The notes beneath the pieces are model-generated. The model did not search any database, was not told the DNA's origin, and saw nothing but the letters and a program-made list of their open reading frames with translations. Positions 10,601 to 20,200 of a stretch of 64,000 bases of DNA are shown piece after piece (position 1 is the stretch's first letter; each line of letters starts with the position of its first letter). Origin of the DNA: an uncultured bacterium (lineage in GTDB: Bacteria; Gemmatimonadota; Gemmatimonadetes; Longimicrobiales; Gaopeijiaceae); contig CAWWAX010000001.1 in the NCBI GenBank assembly GCA_963935005.1, positions 52,572 through 116,571 of the forward strand, in the 5' to 3' direction. The position numbers were made by a program, and so were the translations under genes.

Positions 10601-12226
10601 ATGATTAAAGCTATAACAGCTACTCTGACCCGAAATTGCATAACTGTGATTTCAGCTATTCTTATCGTGAACCCTGCTAGCACCTGGTTATCAGGCCAAG
10701 CACTCGATCTCTCTAATGCAACCATTTCCGATATTAACGACGCTTTCGATGAAGGAACACTGACCTCAGAGCGATTAGTGGAGCTTTATCTGGCCCGAAT
10801 AGAAGCTTATGAAAATAAAGGTCCTCGATTAAACGCTCTAATCACTCTCAACAAAAACGCCCTGGAAATCGCTCGTGGACTCGACGAAGAAAGACGAGCT
10901 ACAGGGCCTCGATCCTTACTTCATGGAATACCGGTTGTTTTGAAAGACAATGTCGACACGCAAGATATGGCCACCACAGCGGGTTCTATCCTGCTGAAAG
11001 GATCAATGCCTCCTAACGATGCCTTCATAGTAACAAAACTTCGACGAGCAGGCGCTATCATTCTAGGCAAAACCAACATGAGTGAATTCGCTTCTGGTGT
11101 TACTATTAGCTCAATCGATGGCCCTATGTTCAATCCCCATGATTTGAACCGAACTCCTTCTGGATCATCTGGAGGAACAGGCGTTGCGATAGCAGCTTCC
11201 TTCTCCCAATTGGGTATAGGTACTGATACGGGTGGTTCAGTGAGAGGCCCCTCAAGCTCTAATGGGATCGCAGGCCTGAAACCCACCCATGGACTAATAA
11301 GTCGTGACGGGATTGTACCGTTGGCCCTATCCTTTGATATGGCTGGACCCATGGCCAGGCATATATTTGACGTTGCCGCGATGTTAGGTGTTATGACTGG
11401 GGTAGACCCGAACGATCCTGCCACAGAAAAAAGCGCTGGCATGCTAGAAAATGACTATACTAAGCACCTGGATCCCAGTGCGCTGGAAGGGGCTCGGATA
11501 GGAGTGGCCCGAGATTTTTTAGGTTACGACCCCGAAGTAGACTGGATCATCGAAGCTTCACTCGAAGCCATGCGAAATGCTGGGGCGACAATAGTTGCCG
11601 TTCACTATCCTAGCTGGCTCCTCGAAGCAAAAGCTGAATTCTATACCACTATTCGTTGGCGGGAATTCAAAGATCAAATTGAGAATTATCTGGCTACTTT
11701 AGATTCACAATACCCCAGGACACTCAAGGAAATGGTCGAAATGAGTCAAAAATTCCTGGCTTCGCCAGAGCAAGGAGAACGGACGAATCCAACCCGCTGG
11801 TCCCTCTTCCAACAGGAATTGAATAGCGGGTCCCTACAGGACTATGATTATCTGGCTATGGCTAATCATGGAATTCCACTAGTAAGAGAGATCCTCCGAG
11901 GACTCCTAGAACAAAAAGATTTAGATGCAATCGTTTACCCAACTTCACCCCGTCGGCCTGGTTTGCTGGGCGAGGACCGTGGATCTTCATCACCAGATCC
12001 AGCTGTTTCCGCAACCAACCTCGCAAATCTCAGTGGCTTTCCAGACCTGATAGTCCCAGCGGGATTTACTAGTAACGGTTTGCCCGTTGGGATTTCTTTC
12101 TTTGGGCTTCCATTTAGCGAACCCACCCTTTTCGGATTAGGATATGCTTTCGAACAAATAACTAAAGCACGACGTGACCCTGTACACACACCACCACTTC
12201 CAGGAGAGAAGATCCCTTGCGCATAA
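10601..12226 (+). CDS. Amidase-signature (AS) family amidase, Sec signal
   Basis: It has the catalytic Lys context GIPVVLKDN and the GGSSGG-type motif TPSGSSGGTGVAIAA. A hydrophobic N-terminal signal is present. The RBS is AGGAGGgactctccaATG. Confidence 0.88.
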   Translation: MIKAITATLTRNCITVISAILIVNPASTWLSGQALDLSNATISDINDAFDEGTLTSERLVELYLARIEAYENKGPRLNALITLNKNALEIARGLDEERRATGPRSLLHGIPVVLKDNVDTQDMATTAGSILLKGSMPPNDAFIVTKLRRAGAIILGKTNMSEFASGVTISSIDGPMFNPHDLNRTPSGSSGGTGVAIAASFSQLGIGTDTGGSVRGPSSSNGIAGLKPTHGLISRDGIVPLALSFDMAGPMARHIFDVAAMLGVMTGVDPNDPATEKSAGMLENDYTKHLDPSALEGARIGVARDFLGYDPEVDWIIEASLEAMRNAGATIVAVHYPSWLLEAKAEFYTTIRWREFKDQIENYLATLDSQYPRTLKEMVEMSQKFLASPEQGERTNPTRWSLFQQELNSGSLQDYDYLAMANHGIPLVREILRGLLEQKDLDAIVYPTSPRRPGLLGEDRGSSSPDPAVSATNLANLSGFPDLIVPAGFTSNGLPVGISFFGLPFSEPTLFGLGYAFEQITKARRDPVHTPPLPGEKIPCA

Positions 12227-12555
12227 AATATCAGTGCCACCATTTTGATCAACCAAAAAATATCGCCATCTTTGATCCTGAAAAAATGGCAAAACAAACC
12301 TTGTTTGAGTCAGATCGCCTATTGGTCGGTCTGAATTGTTTCGAGCCAGGGCAAAAACATAAACTCCATAGCCACAAAGGGATGGATAAACTCTATCAAG
12401 TCGTGGATGGAGTTGGGTTATTTTTGCTCGAAGATAAAGAGATTCCAATGAAGGCTGGATGTATCCTCATTGCTCCTGAAAATGTCCCTCACGGAATTCT
12501 TAATAATAGTGAGAGTCGTTTGATAGTTCTGGTTGTGCTAGCACCATCACCGTAA
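12217..12555 (+). CDS. Cupin-domain protein
   Basis: It has cupin motif-1-like GQKHKLHSHKGMDKLYQVVDG and motif 2 APENVPHGILN. It overlaps the amidase stop by 10 nt. The start (TTG 12217) is uncertain. Confidence 0.7.
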   Translation: MRIKYQCHHFDQPKNIAIFDPEKMAKQTLFESDRLLVGLNCFEPGQKHKLHSHKGMDKLYQVVDGVGLFLLEDKEIPMKAGCILIAPENVPHGILNNSESRLIVLVVLAPSP

Positions 12556-12602
12556 ATTTTCTTTGTAGATTCAGTTTCAATTTTTCGAATTAGTGTAGAA
12601 CC

Positions 12603-13079
12603 CTAACGCACTACCATACTACAGATCATCCCCATGTCTTCCTGGTAACCATCCGACCTCATATACCTGTAAGCCGCGCCGTCTCCAGGGTTAGCCATAG
12701 TCTGGGCTCCTGGCACTTGGAAATCAATTACAGCCCCAGAAGAAACCAGTACAGGAGGTGTAGTACAACTCCTTCCTCTGTCTAAGTTGACTCCTAGCTG
12801 TAGTTCCTCCGGAGTAGACCATTCTAAAACAAACACCCTTACTGGATCCATGGCTGAAGTCGTTCGGAGAGTGCCCAATCTCGTACGCCCTCCCCTATAG
12901 AGAGCATAGATACCAGCATTGACATCGCCGAAATTTCTCACGTGAAGCTCAATGAGCTCTGATTCCTCTCCCTCAGGCTCGATAGACGAAGGTTGGTCGA
13001 CAGCAGAAGAGGCACAAGCCTGCGTAATAACCACCAACAGTATTAAGCTTAATCTCAGTTGTCTCATAAACCAGTTCAT
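12603..13079 (-). CDS. Hypothetical lipoprotein
   Basis: It has a lipoprotein signal (LILLVVITQAC). I recognise no family. Confidence 0.55.
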   Translation of the reverse strand: MNWFMRQLRLSLILLVVITQACASSAVDQPSSIEPEGEESELIELHVRNFGDVNAGIYALYRGGRTRLGTLRTTSAMDPVRVFVLEWSTPEELQLGVNLDRGRSCTTPPVLVSSGAVIDFQVPGAQTMANPGDGAAYRYMRSDGYQEDMGMICSMVVR

Positions 13080-13121
13080 AGTCTCTCCTAGAATTCTATT
13101 GAACTGCTCCCTCCCCCTTCC

Positions 13122-14912
13122 TCAACCATCCAAATCAGGAACCCTTTGATAAAAACCAGCCGCATCTTGAAATGCTTTTGCGACGGCTAGTATTTTTGAT
13201 TCACTGAAGGGCTTACCAACAAATACAATGCCAGTTGGAAGGCCGTCGTCACCAAAACCATTGCATACCGCCACTGCGGGGTAACAAGCATGGTTTGCCA
13301 GCTGGAAAAAATGTGAGGTTGCCGACCTCCTTGGAGGTGGGCTCGCTGTGCTAGGCGTTGGAGGTGGATCTGACGGTTGAGGATCGACCGACAACCTAGT
13401 CCTCGAGTCACCATAAGGGGTGACGTATACATCAAAATCGCCCAAGGCATCTGACAACTCTTGCATCATAATACCCCTGACCCTCTGAGCTTGAAGATAA
13501 GCAACAGCCGGTATGGTCTGATTTACTCTCCAGCCACTAGCTCGAGTCGGCCTGGTAAGTTCATCGTCTCGATTCTCTAACAAAAAGCTTTCAAAAGCCG
13601 CAGAGGATTCAGCGGACAATGCTCGTAACGGCTCCGTCGAAAAATCTTTCAAAGGAACATCAATTGGGCTTAGATTGACACCAATAGATCGTAGCATCTC
13701 CAGACTTTTACTGTCATTTGCTATCCAGTCCTCTTTCTTTCCTGGATCATCTGAAAATGCATCTTCAAAATACGCGACCTTGAACTGCGTAGCATCTAAT
13801 CCTTCATCCCAATTAAAAGGGATATCCAAAACACTCTGATCCTTTTCATCAGGCTTCGCTATAGCTTTAAAAACCAAAGCACAATCTTCAACGGTTCTAC
13901 AAATCGGCCCTAAGCGATCTCCAGTCCACCTCAAGGTCATCGCCCCAAAACGGCTAACTCGACCATATGTAGGCCTTAAACCTGAAGCACCACAAGCTAC
14001 TGAAGGACTCAGGATAGACCCACTGGTTTCTGTTCCAATAGCAAACGCAACACATCCTGCAACTGCAGCGGAGGCAGGGCCTGCGGAAGATCCGCTTGAC
14101 CCATTTTCGGAATTCCATGGATTTCTTGTACGACCCCCAAACCAACGGTCACCGCTGGCCAGCTCACCTGTTGTCAATTTGGCTATCAGAACTGCGCCCG
14201 CATCTCTCAAGAGGGTTACAACAGTAGCCTCATAGTCCATTTGCTGACCCCTGAATGCATTGGATCCCCAGGTTGTTGGATAATTCTTGACTGCCAGAAT
14301 ATCCTTCGCTCCCCATGGTAATCCGTGTAAAGGCCCCCTATAAAAACCTCTGTCGATCTCTTCATCCGCCTTTTCGGCCTCGCTCAAAGCCAGATCATCC
14401 AAGAAGGTCACTGTGTTGTTGAATTTTGGATTATATCGTTTCAATCTATCCAGATACATCTCTGTGAGTTCAACAGAGCTCACCTTTCTGCTGTGCACCA
14501 ATTCCGCCAATTTCGCCAGCGGCCAGAAAGCGAGATCTTCCAAGTTCCTCGGTCTCTCTAGGTCGGGGAAAGAACTTACACGAAAAGGTCTCTCTACCAT
14601 GTCAATTTTCATCCCTGGAACAATCGTACTGAAATGGATGGGAGGTGCCACTCCGTTTTCCAACTTGTATTCTCGCAATTCAGTGTAGCCCTGCAGGTTC
14701 CTGTTTACTCCTTCTACCAAATCTTCAGCTTGATCATCCGTAAGGTCTAATCCTGATAGTGCGCTTGCATCACGAATCATGGCTAATGTTATTTCCTGTG
14801 CCTGAGCATCTAGCATCTTAGACCAAAGCACTCCAGGTAAGAGCGAAGAACTTAATCCGATCCCCGAGAAATAACCTAGAAATCTTCTTCGGCTAGAAGT
14901 TCCAAGGTCCAT
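13122..14912 (-). CDS. Amidase-signature family amidase with twin-arginine (Tat) signal
   Basis: The start MDLGTSSRRRFLGYFSGIGLSS is a Tat motif and is preceded by GGAGG. AS motifs are GLPWGAKDI and ENGSSGSSAGPASAAVAG. A Pro-rich insert, DPQPSDPPPTPSTASPPPRR, lies near the C-terminus. Confidence 0.88.
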   Translation of the reverse strand: MDLGTSSRRRFLGYFSGIGLSSSLLPGVLWSKMLDAQAQEITLAMIRDASALSGLDLTDDQAEDLVEGVNRNLQGYTELREYKLENGVAPPIHFSTIVPGMKIDMVERPFRVSSFPDLERPRNLEDLAFWPLAKLAELVHSRKVSSVELTEMYLDRLKRYNPKFNNTVTFLDDLALSEAEKADEEIDRGFYRGPLHGLPWGAKDILAVKNYPTTWGSNAFRGQQMDYEATVVTLLRDAGAVLIAKLTTGELASGDRWFGGRTRNPWNSENGSSGSSAGPASAAVAGCVAFAIGTETSGSILSPSVACGASGLRPTYGRVSRFGAMTLRWTGDRLGPICRTVEDCALVFKAIAKPDEKDQSVLDIPFNWDEGLDATQFKVAYFEDAFSDDPGKKEDWIANDSKSLEMLRSIGVNLSPIDVPLKDFSTEPLRALSAESSAAFESFLLENRDDELTRPTRASGWRVNQTIPAVAYLQAQRVRGIMMQELSDALGDFDVYVTPYGDSRTRLSVDPQPSDPPPTPSTASPPPRRSATSHFFQLANHACYPAVAVCNGFGDDGLPTGIVFVGKPFSESKILAVAKAFQDAAGFYQRVPDLDG

Positions 14913-15155
14913 AGAAAAACCTCCATATAGATGACTAAAAATATGTTCGATGATATTTGAAGAATGCGAAACAAAAGTGAACATCGCCAGTTTTTTGCAA
15001 TGCTACTTCTTTATCACATAATTCCAACGACTTGTCATTTGTGTAATCATCAGAACATTATGCTTCATGAGAAAAAGCCCAATGCACTCAATCAGGTCAG
15101 TATTTTGAGGAAATATGGAAGTGGGTGATCGATTTAAACCTGTAAGGACAACGTC

Positions 15156-18100
15156 ATGGAAATGGTGCAAAGAATTCTTAAAGTCAGTTTTATTCTTTTT
15201 CTTGTTACTCCTCTTATTTCCGCTTTCGATAATCCACCGGATGACTTCCTTCCTCCTCTTGAGTGGCGATCTATCGGACCCAATAGGGGTGGACGATCTA
15301 TCGCAGTATCTGGGCACAAAAATCGCTTAAATGAATACTATTTTGGAGCAACAGGAGGCGGGCTCTGGAAGACAGAAGATGGGGGTTCTTCATGGAATCC
15401 TGTCACTGACGGCTACCTTGGAAGTTCTTCCATCGGAGCTGTCACCGTCTCTAATTCTAATCCTGAGATAGTCTATATCGGCATGGGTGAAGCACAACTC
15501 AGAGCAAATGTTCTGCAAGGAGATGGGATCTATAGATCCAGTGATGCTGGAGACACATGGTCACATATAGGGTTAAAAGAAACCAAAACAATAAGCAGAA
15601 TACGAGTACATCCGTCAGATCCAGAACACCTATACGTAGCAGCACTAGGATCCCCGTTTGCAAGCAATGCCGACAGAGGAATTTTCCGAACTACAAACGG
15701 CGGGAAAACCTGGGATAAAATACTTTATCGAGGGGAAGATTCGGGTGCAATTGATTTAGCAATGGACCCTAAAGATCCTGACACACTCTATGCAACTTTT
15801 TGGCAAGTATACCGGAGGCCATGGAAGTTATGGAGTGGAGGAGAAGGATCAGAAATTTTCAAATCCACAGACGGTGGAACCACTTGGAAAAATCTCACCG
15901 AAAACCCTGGATTTCCGAGAGGACCACTTGGAAAAATAACTGTCACTGTTTCTGGTGCTGACTCACAACGGATTTGGGCGAACGTAGAAGCGAACCGAGG
16001 TGGACTCTACATGTCTGACGATGGTGGCTCTAGCTGGAATCTAATTAATGACCACAGAGACCTATGGCAGAGAGCTTTTTATTTTCAGAGAATCGAAGCT
16101 GATCCAATAGATGTAAATACGATATACGTCTTAAATTTCGAACTACTTAAATCTACCGATTCTGGAAAGAATTTTACGCCCATTCCAGGCACACATAGTG
16201 ATCACCATGACCTGTGGATAGATCCGAACAATCCATCGCGAATGATCAATGGTAATGATGGAGGAGGAGTCATTACTGTAAACGGTGGCGAAACTTGGAC
16301 ACATATGAGGTACCCTACAGCTCAAATATATCGTCTCGCTACCACCGCAGACTTTCCATATCACGCTTGTGGTGCACAGCAGGATAATACAACGGTATGC
16401 GTTGCATCAGATGGTACCCACTTGAGAAATCCTAGAGGCCAAAGTGAAGATTGGATGTACGCAGTGGGTGGGGGTGAAAGCGGATACGTAGCGCCGCACC
16501 CAGCAAATCCAGATATCTTTTTCGCAGGTGCAACTAATACTCTGACAAAATACAATCGCAAAACTGGCCTTTCATTCGACGTACAACCCTACCCAAGAAT
16601 TGTAATGGGAGAACCAGCAGCAGCTATGCGAGAAAGGTGGAACTGGACCTATCCAATAACCATCTCTAATACAAACTCCAAAATTTTATATGTAGGATCC
16701 CAGTATCTGTGGAAAAGTGATGACGAAGGCGAGACTTGGAACAAAATCAGTCCAGATCTCACAAGAGCTGACCCTGAAACCCTCGAAGATTCTGGTGGGC
16801 CTATAGTAAAGGATCAGGATGGTCCGGAAATCTATGGCACCATTTATAGTGTTGAAACCTCGCACTTCGATAGTGGAGTTATTTGGACTGGTTCGGACGA
16901 TGGCTTGGTGCAGGTGACACTAGATGGAGGAAAGAGTTGGACCAATGTGACACCAGCCAATTTACCTCCAGATACACGTATTACCTCGATCGAAACATCC
17001 AGACACACGCCGGGCTCTGCTTACCTCTCAGGAATCCGATATGAAATGGATGACCGATCACCTTACTTGTGGAAAACATCCGACTACGGGGCAACCTGGG
17101 ATTTTATAGTCAATGGTATCGGTACCGATGACTTCACAAGAGTGATCAGGCAAGACCCTAAAAACCCAAACATACTCTATTCAGGTACTGAAACCGGAGT
17201 CTATATCTCATTCGATCAAGGAGGGATCTGGCACTCTCTTTCCCTGAATCTACCGACAGTTCCTGTTACGGGCCTGATTGTAGAGGAAAGAGATCTGGTA
17301 ATCTCTACTCATGGAAGATCTTTCTGGATCCTTGATGACATTGAAACTTTGCGCCAAATCAATCCATCTCTTGAATCTTCCCGAAACCACCTCTTCAAAC
17401 CTGCAGATGCAATCAGAAGAACGGTGCCCGCTATAATAGACTATCAACTTGAGAGCGAAAACACACAGGTAAATTTGGAGATTCTAGATTCGGAAGGTCG
17501 ACATGTGAGAACCTTAGTAAAAAAAGATAACTACACCCCTGGGTTCTATCGTGAAGAATGGGATCTGAGATATACTGGTGCTATTACATTTCCTGGGATC
17601 GTTTTAGAGGGTGGAAATCCCGCTGTTGGACCATGGGCACCACCTGGAACATTCCAGGCTCGTTTAACTATCGGCGATCAACAACTGACACAACTCTTTC
17701 AGGTCCAAAAAGACCCTCGCCTGACGAACATATCCGAAGCCGACCTTTTATTACAACACAACCTCGCCCTAAACATCCGAGATCACGAAAGTTCAGCCAA
17801 CCAACACGTGATTAGCATCCGAGATCTCAAGTCTCAAATAGCAGATAGATTGTCTGATTCTAAAAACCGATCTCTAAATGCGATGGGCAGTATTTTTGCC
17901 GAAAAAATCAGTCAAGTAGAAGGACAACTATACCAAGTGCTGAATCAAAGTCCTAAAGACAAAATTGCTTTTCCTATAAAACTTAATGACCGACTCACGG
18001 GCTTGCGATCACACTTGGAGCGAGGAGATGGCCTGCCCCCAAAAAGCTTTCTTAAAGTCTTCGACGAATTGTCTGCTGAATTGGAAGTACAGATCACGCT

Positions 18101-18218
18101 GCTCGCGGAAATCATGGAAGATGAATTTATCGAACTGAATCAGGCGCTGAGAGATGCTGGCTTGAGCCCAATAGAAAAACCCAACTTCTATATACCATCA
18201 AATATTGATACTAACTGA
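15156..18218 (+). CDS. BNR/Asp-box repeat protein, VPS10/sortilin-like double beta-propeller, exported
   Basis: About ten SxDxGxTW-type Asp-boxes are present (SDAGDTWSH, TTNGGKTWDK, STDGGTTWKN, SDDGGSSWNL, SDDEGETWNK, TLDGGKSWTN, TSDYGATWDF and others). It has an N-terminal signal peptide. Confidence 0.85.
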   Translation: MEMVQRILKVSFILFLVTPLISAFDNPPDDFLPPLEWRSIGPNRGGRSIAVSGHKNRLNEYYFGATGGGLWKTEDGGSSWNPVTDGYLGSSSIGAVTVSNSNPEIVYIGMGEAQLRANVLQGDGIYRSSDAGDTWSHIGLKETKTISRIRVHPSDPEHLYVAALGSPFASNADRGIFRTTNGGKTWDKILYRGEDSGAIDLAMDPKDPDTLYATFWQVYRRPWKLWSGGEGSEIFKSTDGGTTWKNLTENPGFPRGPLGKITVTVSGADSQRIWANVEANRGGLYMSDDGGSSWNLINDHRDLWQRAFYFQRIEADPIDVNTIYVLNFELLKSTDSGKNFTPIPGTHSDHHDLWIDPNNPSRMINGNDGGGVITVNGGETWTHMRYPTAQIYRLATTADFPYHACGAQQDNTTVCVASDGTHLRNPRGQSEDWMYAVGGGESGYVAPHPANPDIFFAGATNTLTKYNRKTGLSFDVQPYPRIVMGEPAAAMRERWNWTYPITISNTNSKILYVGSQYLWKSDDEGETWNKISPDLTRADPETLEDSGGPIVKDQDGPEIYGTIYSVETSHFDSGVIWTGSDDGLVQVTLDGGKSWTNVTPANLPPDTRITSIETSRHTPGSAYLSGIRYEMDDRSPYLWKTSDYGATWDFIVNGIGTDDFTRVIRQDPKNPNILYSGTETGVYISFDQGGIWHSLSLNLPTVPVTGLIVEERDLVISTHGRSFWILDDIETLRQINPSLESSRNHLFKPADAIRRTVPAIIDYQLESENTQVNLEILDSEGRHVRTLVKKDNYTPGFYREEWDLRYTGAITFPGIVLEGGNPAVGPWAPPGTFQARLTIGDQQLTQLFQVQKDPRLTNISEADLLLQHNLALNIRDHESSANQHVISIRDLKSQIADRLSDSKNRSLNAMGSIFAEKISQVEGQLYQVLNQSPKDKIAFPIKLNDRLTGLRSHLERGDGLPPKSFLKVFDELSAELEVQITLLAEIMEDEFIELNQALRDAGLSPIEKPNFYIPSNIDTN

Positions 18219-18308
18219 TTGTTTCAACGAAGAACCATCTGAACTTGCTACGGTGAGACCTGAGTCACAATATAAATTAACAAGCGTAGTAACTTAAGGA
18301 GGCATCCT

Positions 18309-19337
18309 ATGACAAAATTATCTCAAATCTGTTTGAAAGCACTCTCGTTACTGATGTTTTTCGTTGGATATGCAGAGGCCCAGAAACAGACTGTCAGAAT
18401 CATCCAGACTAACGCTGCTGGCGATAACGTCCACATCATCGATCCGATAACTAACGAGGTTGTGGACGTAATATTGGGAATACCCATAGCCCATGGAGTC
18501 ACGTCCCATCCCGATGCTAGTCGTTTTTACTTCAGTAACGAAGTTGAACATACCTTGGATATAGTCTCTAGCCAGACTCTTAGAGTAGTCAGGCAAATCC
18601 CTTTGAGTGGACGTCCTAACAACATAGCTATTACTCCAGATGGTCAAAAAGTGTATGTAGCGATCAGAGACGATCTCAAGCCTGGTGTTGACGTGATCGA
18701 TCTAACTGAAAACGAGGTGATCAAGACCATCCACATGTTAGGGGGAGTCCATAACGTTTTTATAACCCCAGATGGCCGTCACATAGCCGCTGGCATGATC
18801 GGAGCAGAGACACTCACCATCATAGATACCGAAACTGACGAACCCCTATGGTCCATGCACTTTGATGGTGGTGTTAGGCCAATGGCATTTGAAGCTAACC
18901 CTGATAACTCGACTAAAAGAATCTTTGTTCAAATTTCAAATTTCCACGGAGTTTATGTAGTTGATTTCGAGCAAAAATCCGTCACCGAAAAACTTTGGAT
19001 GCCTGAGTTGCCCATCTCCCAAACAGACAACGATGCTTTACAGGGTTCACCGGGCCATGGGTTAGCAGTTTCACCCAATGGATCCCAATTGTGGTCGACC
19101 AGCAAACCCAATGGTTACGTCTACGCTTGGTCTCTTCCTGATCTAACATTCCTTGGGGGGGTCCGAGTGGGCCGAGTGCCTGACTGGCTTACAATGACAC
19201 CCGATGGAAAATACTTATACGCCGCAAATGCTGGCTCTAATGATGTCTCGGTAATCGATACTGAAAACATGGTTAAAATCGCAACAATCCCAGTAGGCCA
19301 AGTCCCGAAACGTAATCACACGGTGGTCTTTCCATGA
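18309..19337 (+). CDS. YVTN-family beta-propeller repeat protein, exported
   Basis: Repeated blades read ITPDGQKVYVA, ITPDGRHIAAG, VSPNGSQLWST and MTPDGKYLYAANAGSNDVSVID. It has a signal peptide and the RBS AAGGAGG. Confidence 0.8.
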   Translation: MTKLSQICLKALSLLMFFVGYAEAQKQTVRIIQTNAAGDNVHIIDPITNEVVDVILGIPIAHGVTSHPDASRFYFSNEVEHTLDIVSSQTLRVVRQIPLSGRPNNIAITPDGQKVYVAIRDDLKPGVDVIDLTENEVIKTIHMLGGVHNVFITPDGRHIAAGMIGAETLTIIDTETDEPLWSMHFDGGVRPMAFEANPDNSTKRIFVQISNFHGVYVVDFEQKSVTEKLWMPELPISQTDNDALQGSPGHGLAVSPNGSQLWSTSKPNGYVYAWSLPDLTFLGGVRVGRVPDWLTMTPDGKYLYAANAGSNDVSVIDTENMVKIATIPVGQVPKRNHTVVFP

Positions 19338-20173
19338 ACCACTCTGAGAGAAAAAATATATTGGTTTTCATACTACTCCTTTTTTTGCCACATAGCTTAT
19401 CAGCCCAACGTTCACTGAGTTTTGAAGCTTTTCGCGAAACGGTAGAACCTATATTTATACAACCACGTGGCGGCCACGGGCCGAGTATTTCCCCTTGTGC
19501 TTCTTGCCACATAAACAGTGGAACACCGCTCAGGCTCCAACCACTTCAAGAAACGGAAAGTGGTCAGGTTTACTGGTCAGAAAACCAATCTAAAAAAAAC
19601 TTTGAAGTCGTATCTAAGTTAGTAGTGCCAGGACAACCCGAAAGAAGCAGACTCCTCCGAAAACCGTTAGTTGTGACAGCTGGAGGAACAGCCTTCCACG
19701 TGGGCGGTAAGTTTTGGCAAGATCAAAACAACCCAGAATGGCAGATAATAGCAGACTGGATAGGTAACAGTGATGCACCGACAGACCTTACTGAATTAGA
19801 AACAACACCTTCTCCGCTAGACTTCAATTTCTTCCAAACTTGCGTCCAGCAAATTTTTCTAAATAAGCGTGAAGGTCGTATGGAATGCACCAACTGCCAT
19901 GGCTCAGGCCCTCGCGGATTCGCACAAGACATTCCAGAAGATCGATCCTACTGGAATTTTGAAGAATCTCGGGAAAATTTTGAGATCCTCAAGCGGTACG
20001 TAGAACCAGGATATCCCCTCAGAAGCCGTTTCTTGACTCACCCATTGGCACCTGAAGATGGCGGAGATAATTACCACAGTGGTGGGCGTCGGTGGTTTTC
20101 GAAGGAAGATCCCGAATGGAAAATGCTAGCAGCTTGGGTCAAAGGTGAGGATGCTCGATGTCTCAGCTACTAA
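19334..20173 (+). CDS. Exported protein with two CXXCH haem-c motifs (internally duplicated, PSCyt-like module)
   Basis: CASCH and CTNCH each sit in one of two homologous halves of about 120 aa (YWSENQSKKNFEVVSKLVVPGQPERSRLL versus YWNFEESRENFEILKRYVEPGYPLRSRFL; NPEWQIIADWI versus DPEWKMLAAWV). It has a signal peptide, and its start overlaps the upstream stop (ATGA). Confidence 0.7.
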   Translation: MNHSERKNILVFILLLFLPHSLSAQRSLSFEAFRETVEPIFIQPRGGHGPSISPCASCHINSGTPLRLQPLQETESGQVYWSENQSKKNFEVVSKLVVPGQPERSRLLRKPLVVTAGGTAFHVGGKFWQDQNNPEWQIIADWIGNSDAPTDLTELETTPSPLDFNFFQTCVQQIFLNKREGRMECTNCHGSGPRGFAQDIPEDRSYWNFEESRENFEILKRYVEPGYPLRSRFLTHPLAPEDGGDNYHSGGRRWFSKEDPEWKMLAAWVKGEDARCLSY

Positions 20174-20200
20174 ACAAGATAGATTCCCTTGATCACTTGA

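Noticed and set aside
13122-14984. N-terminally extended versions of several track ORFs (13122-14984, 41628-43169, 57165-58088, 7000-7590, 34234-35901, 50642-51802, 59874-61700)
   Set aside because: Internal ATGs preceded by AGGAG-like sites give canonical Sec, Tat or lipoprotein signal peptides and remove overlaps with neighbouring genes. The extensions are therefore unlikely to be translated.
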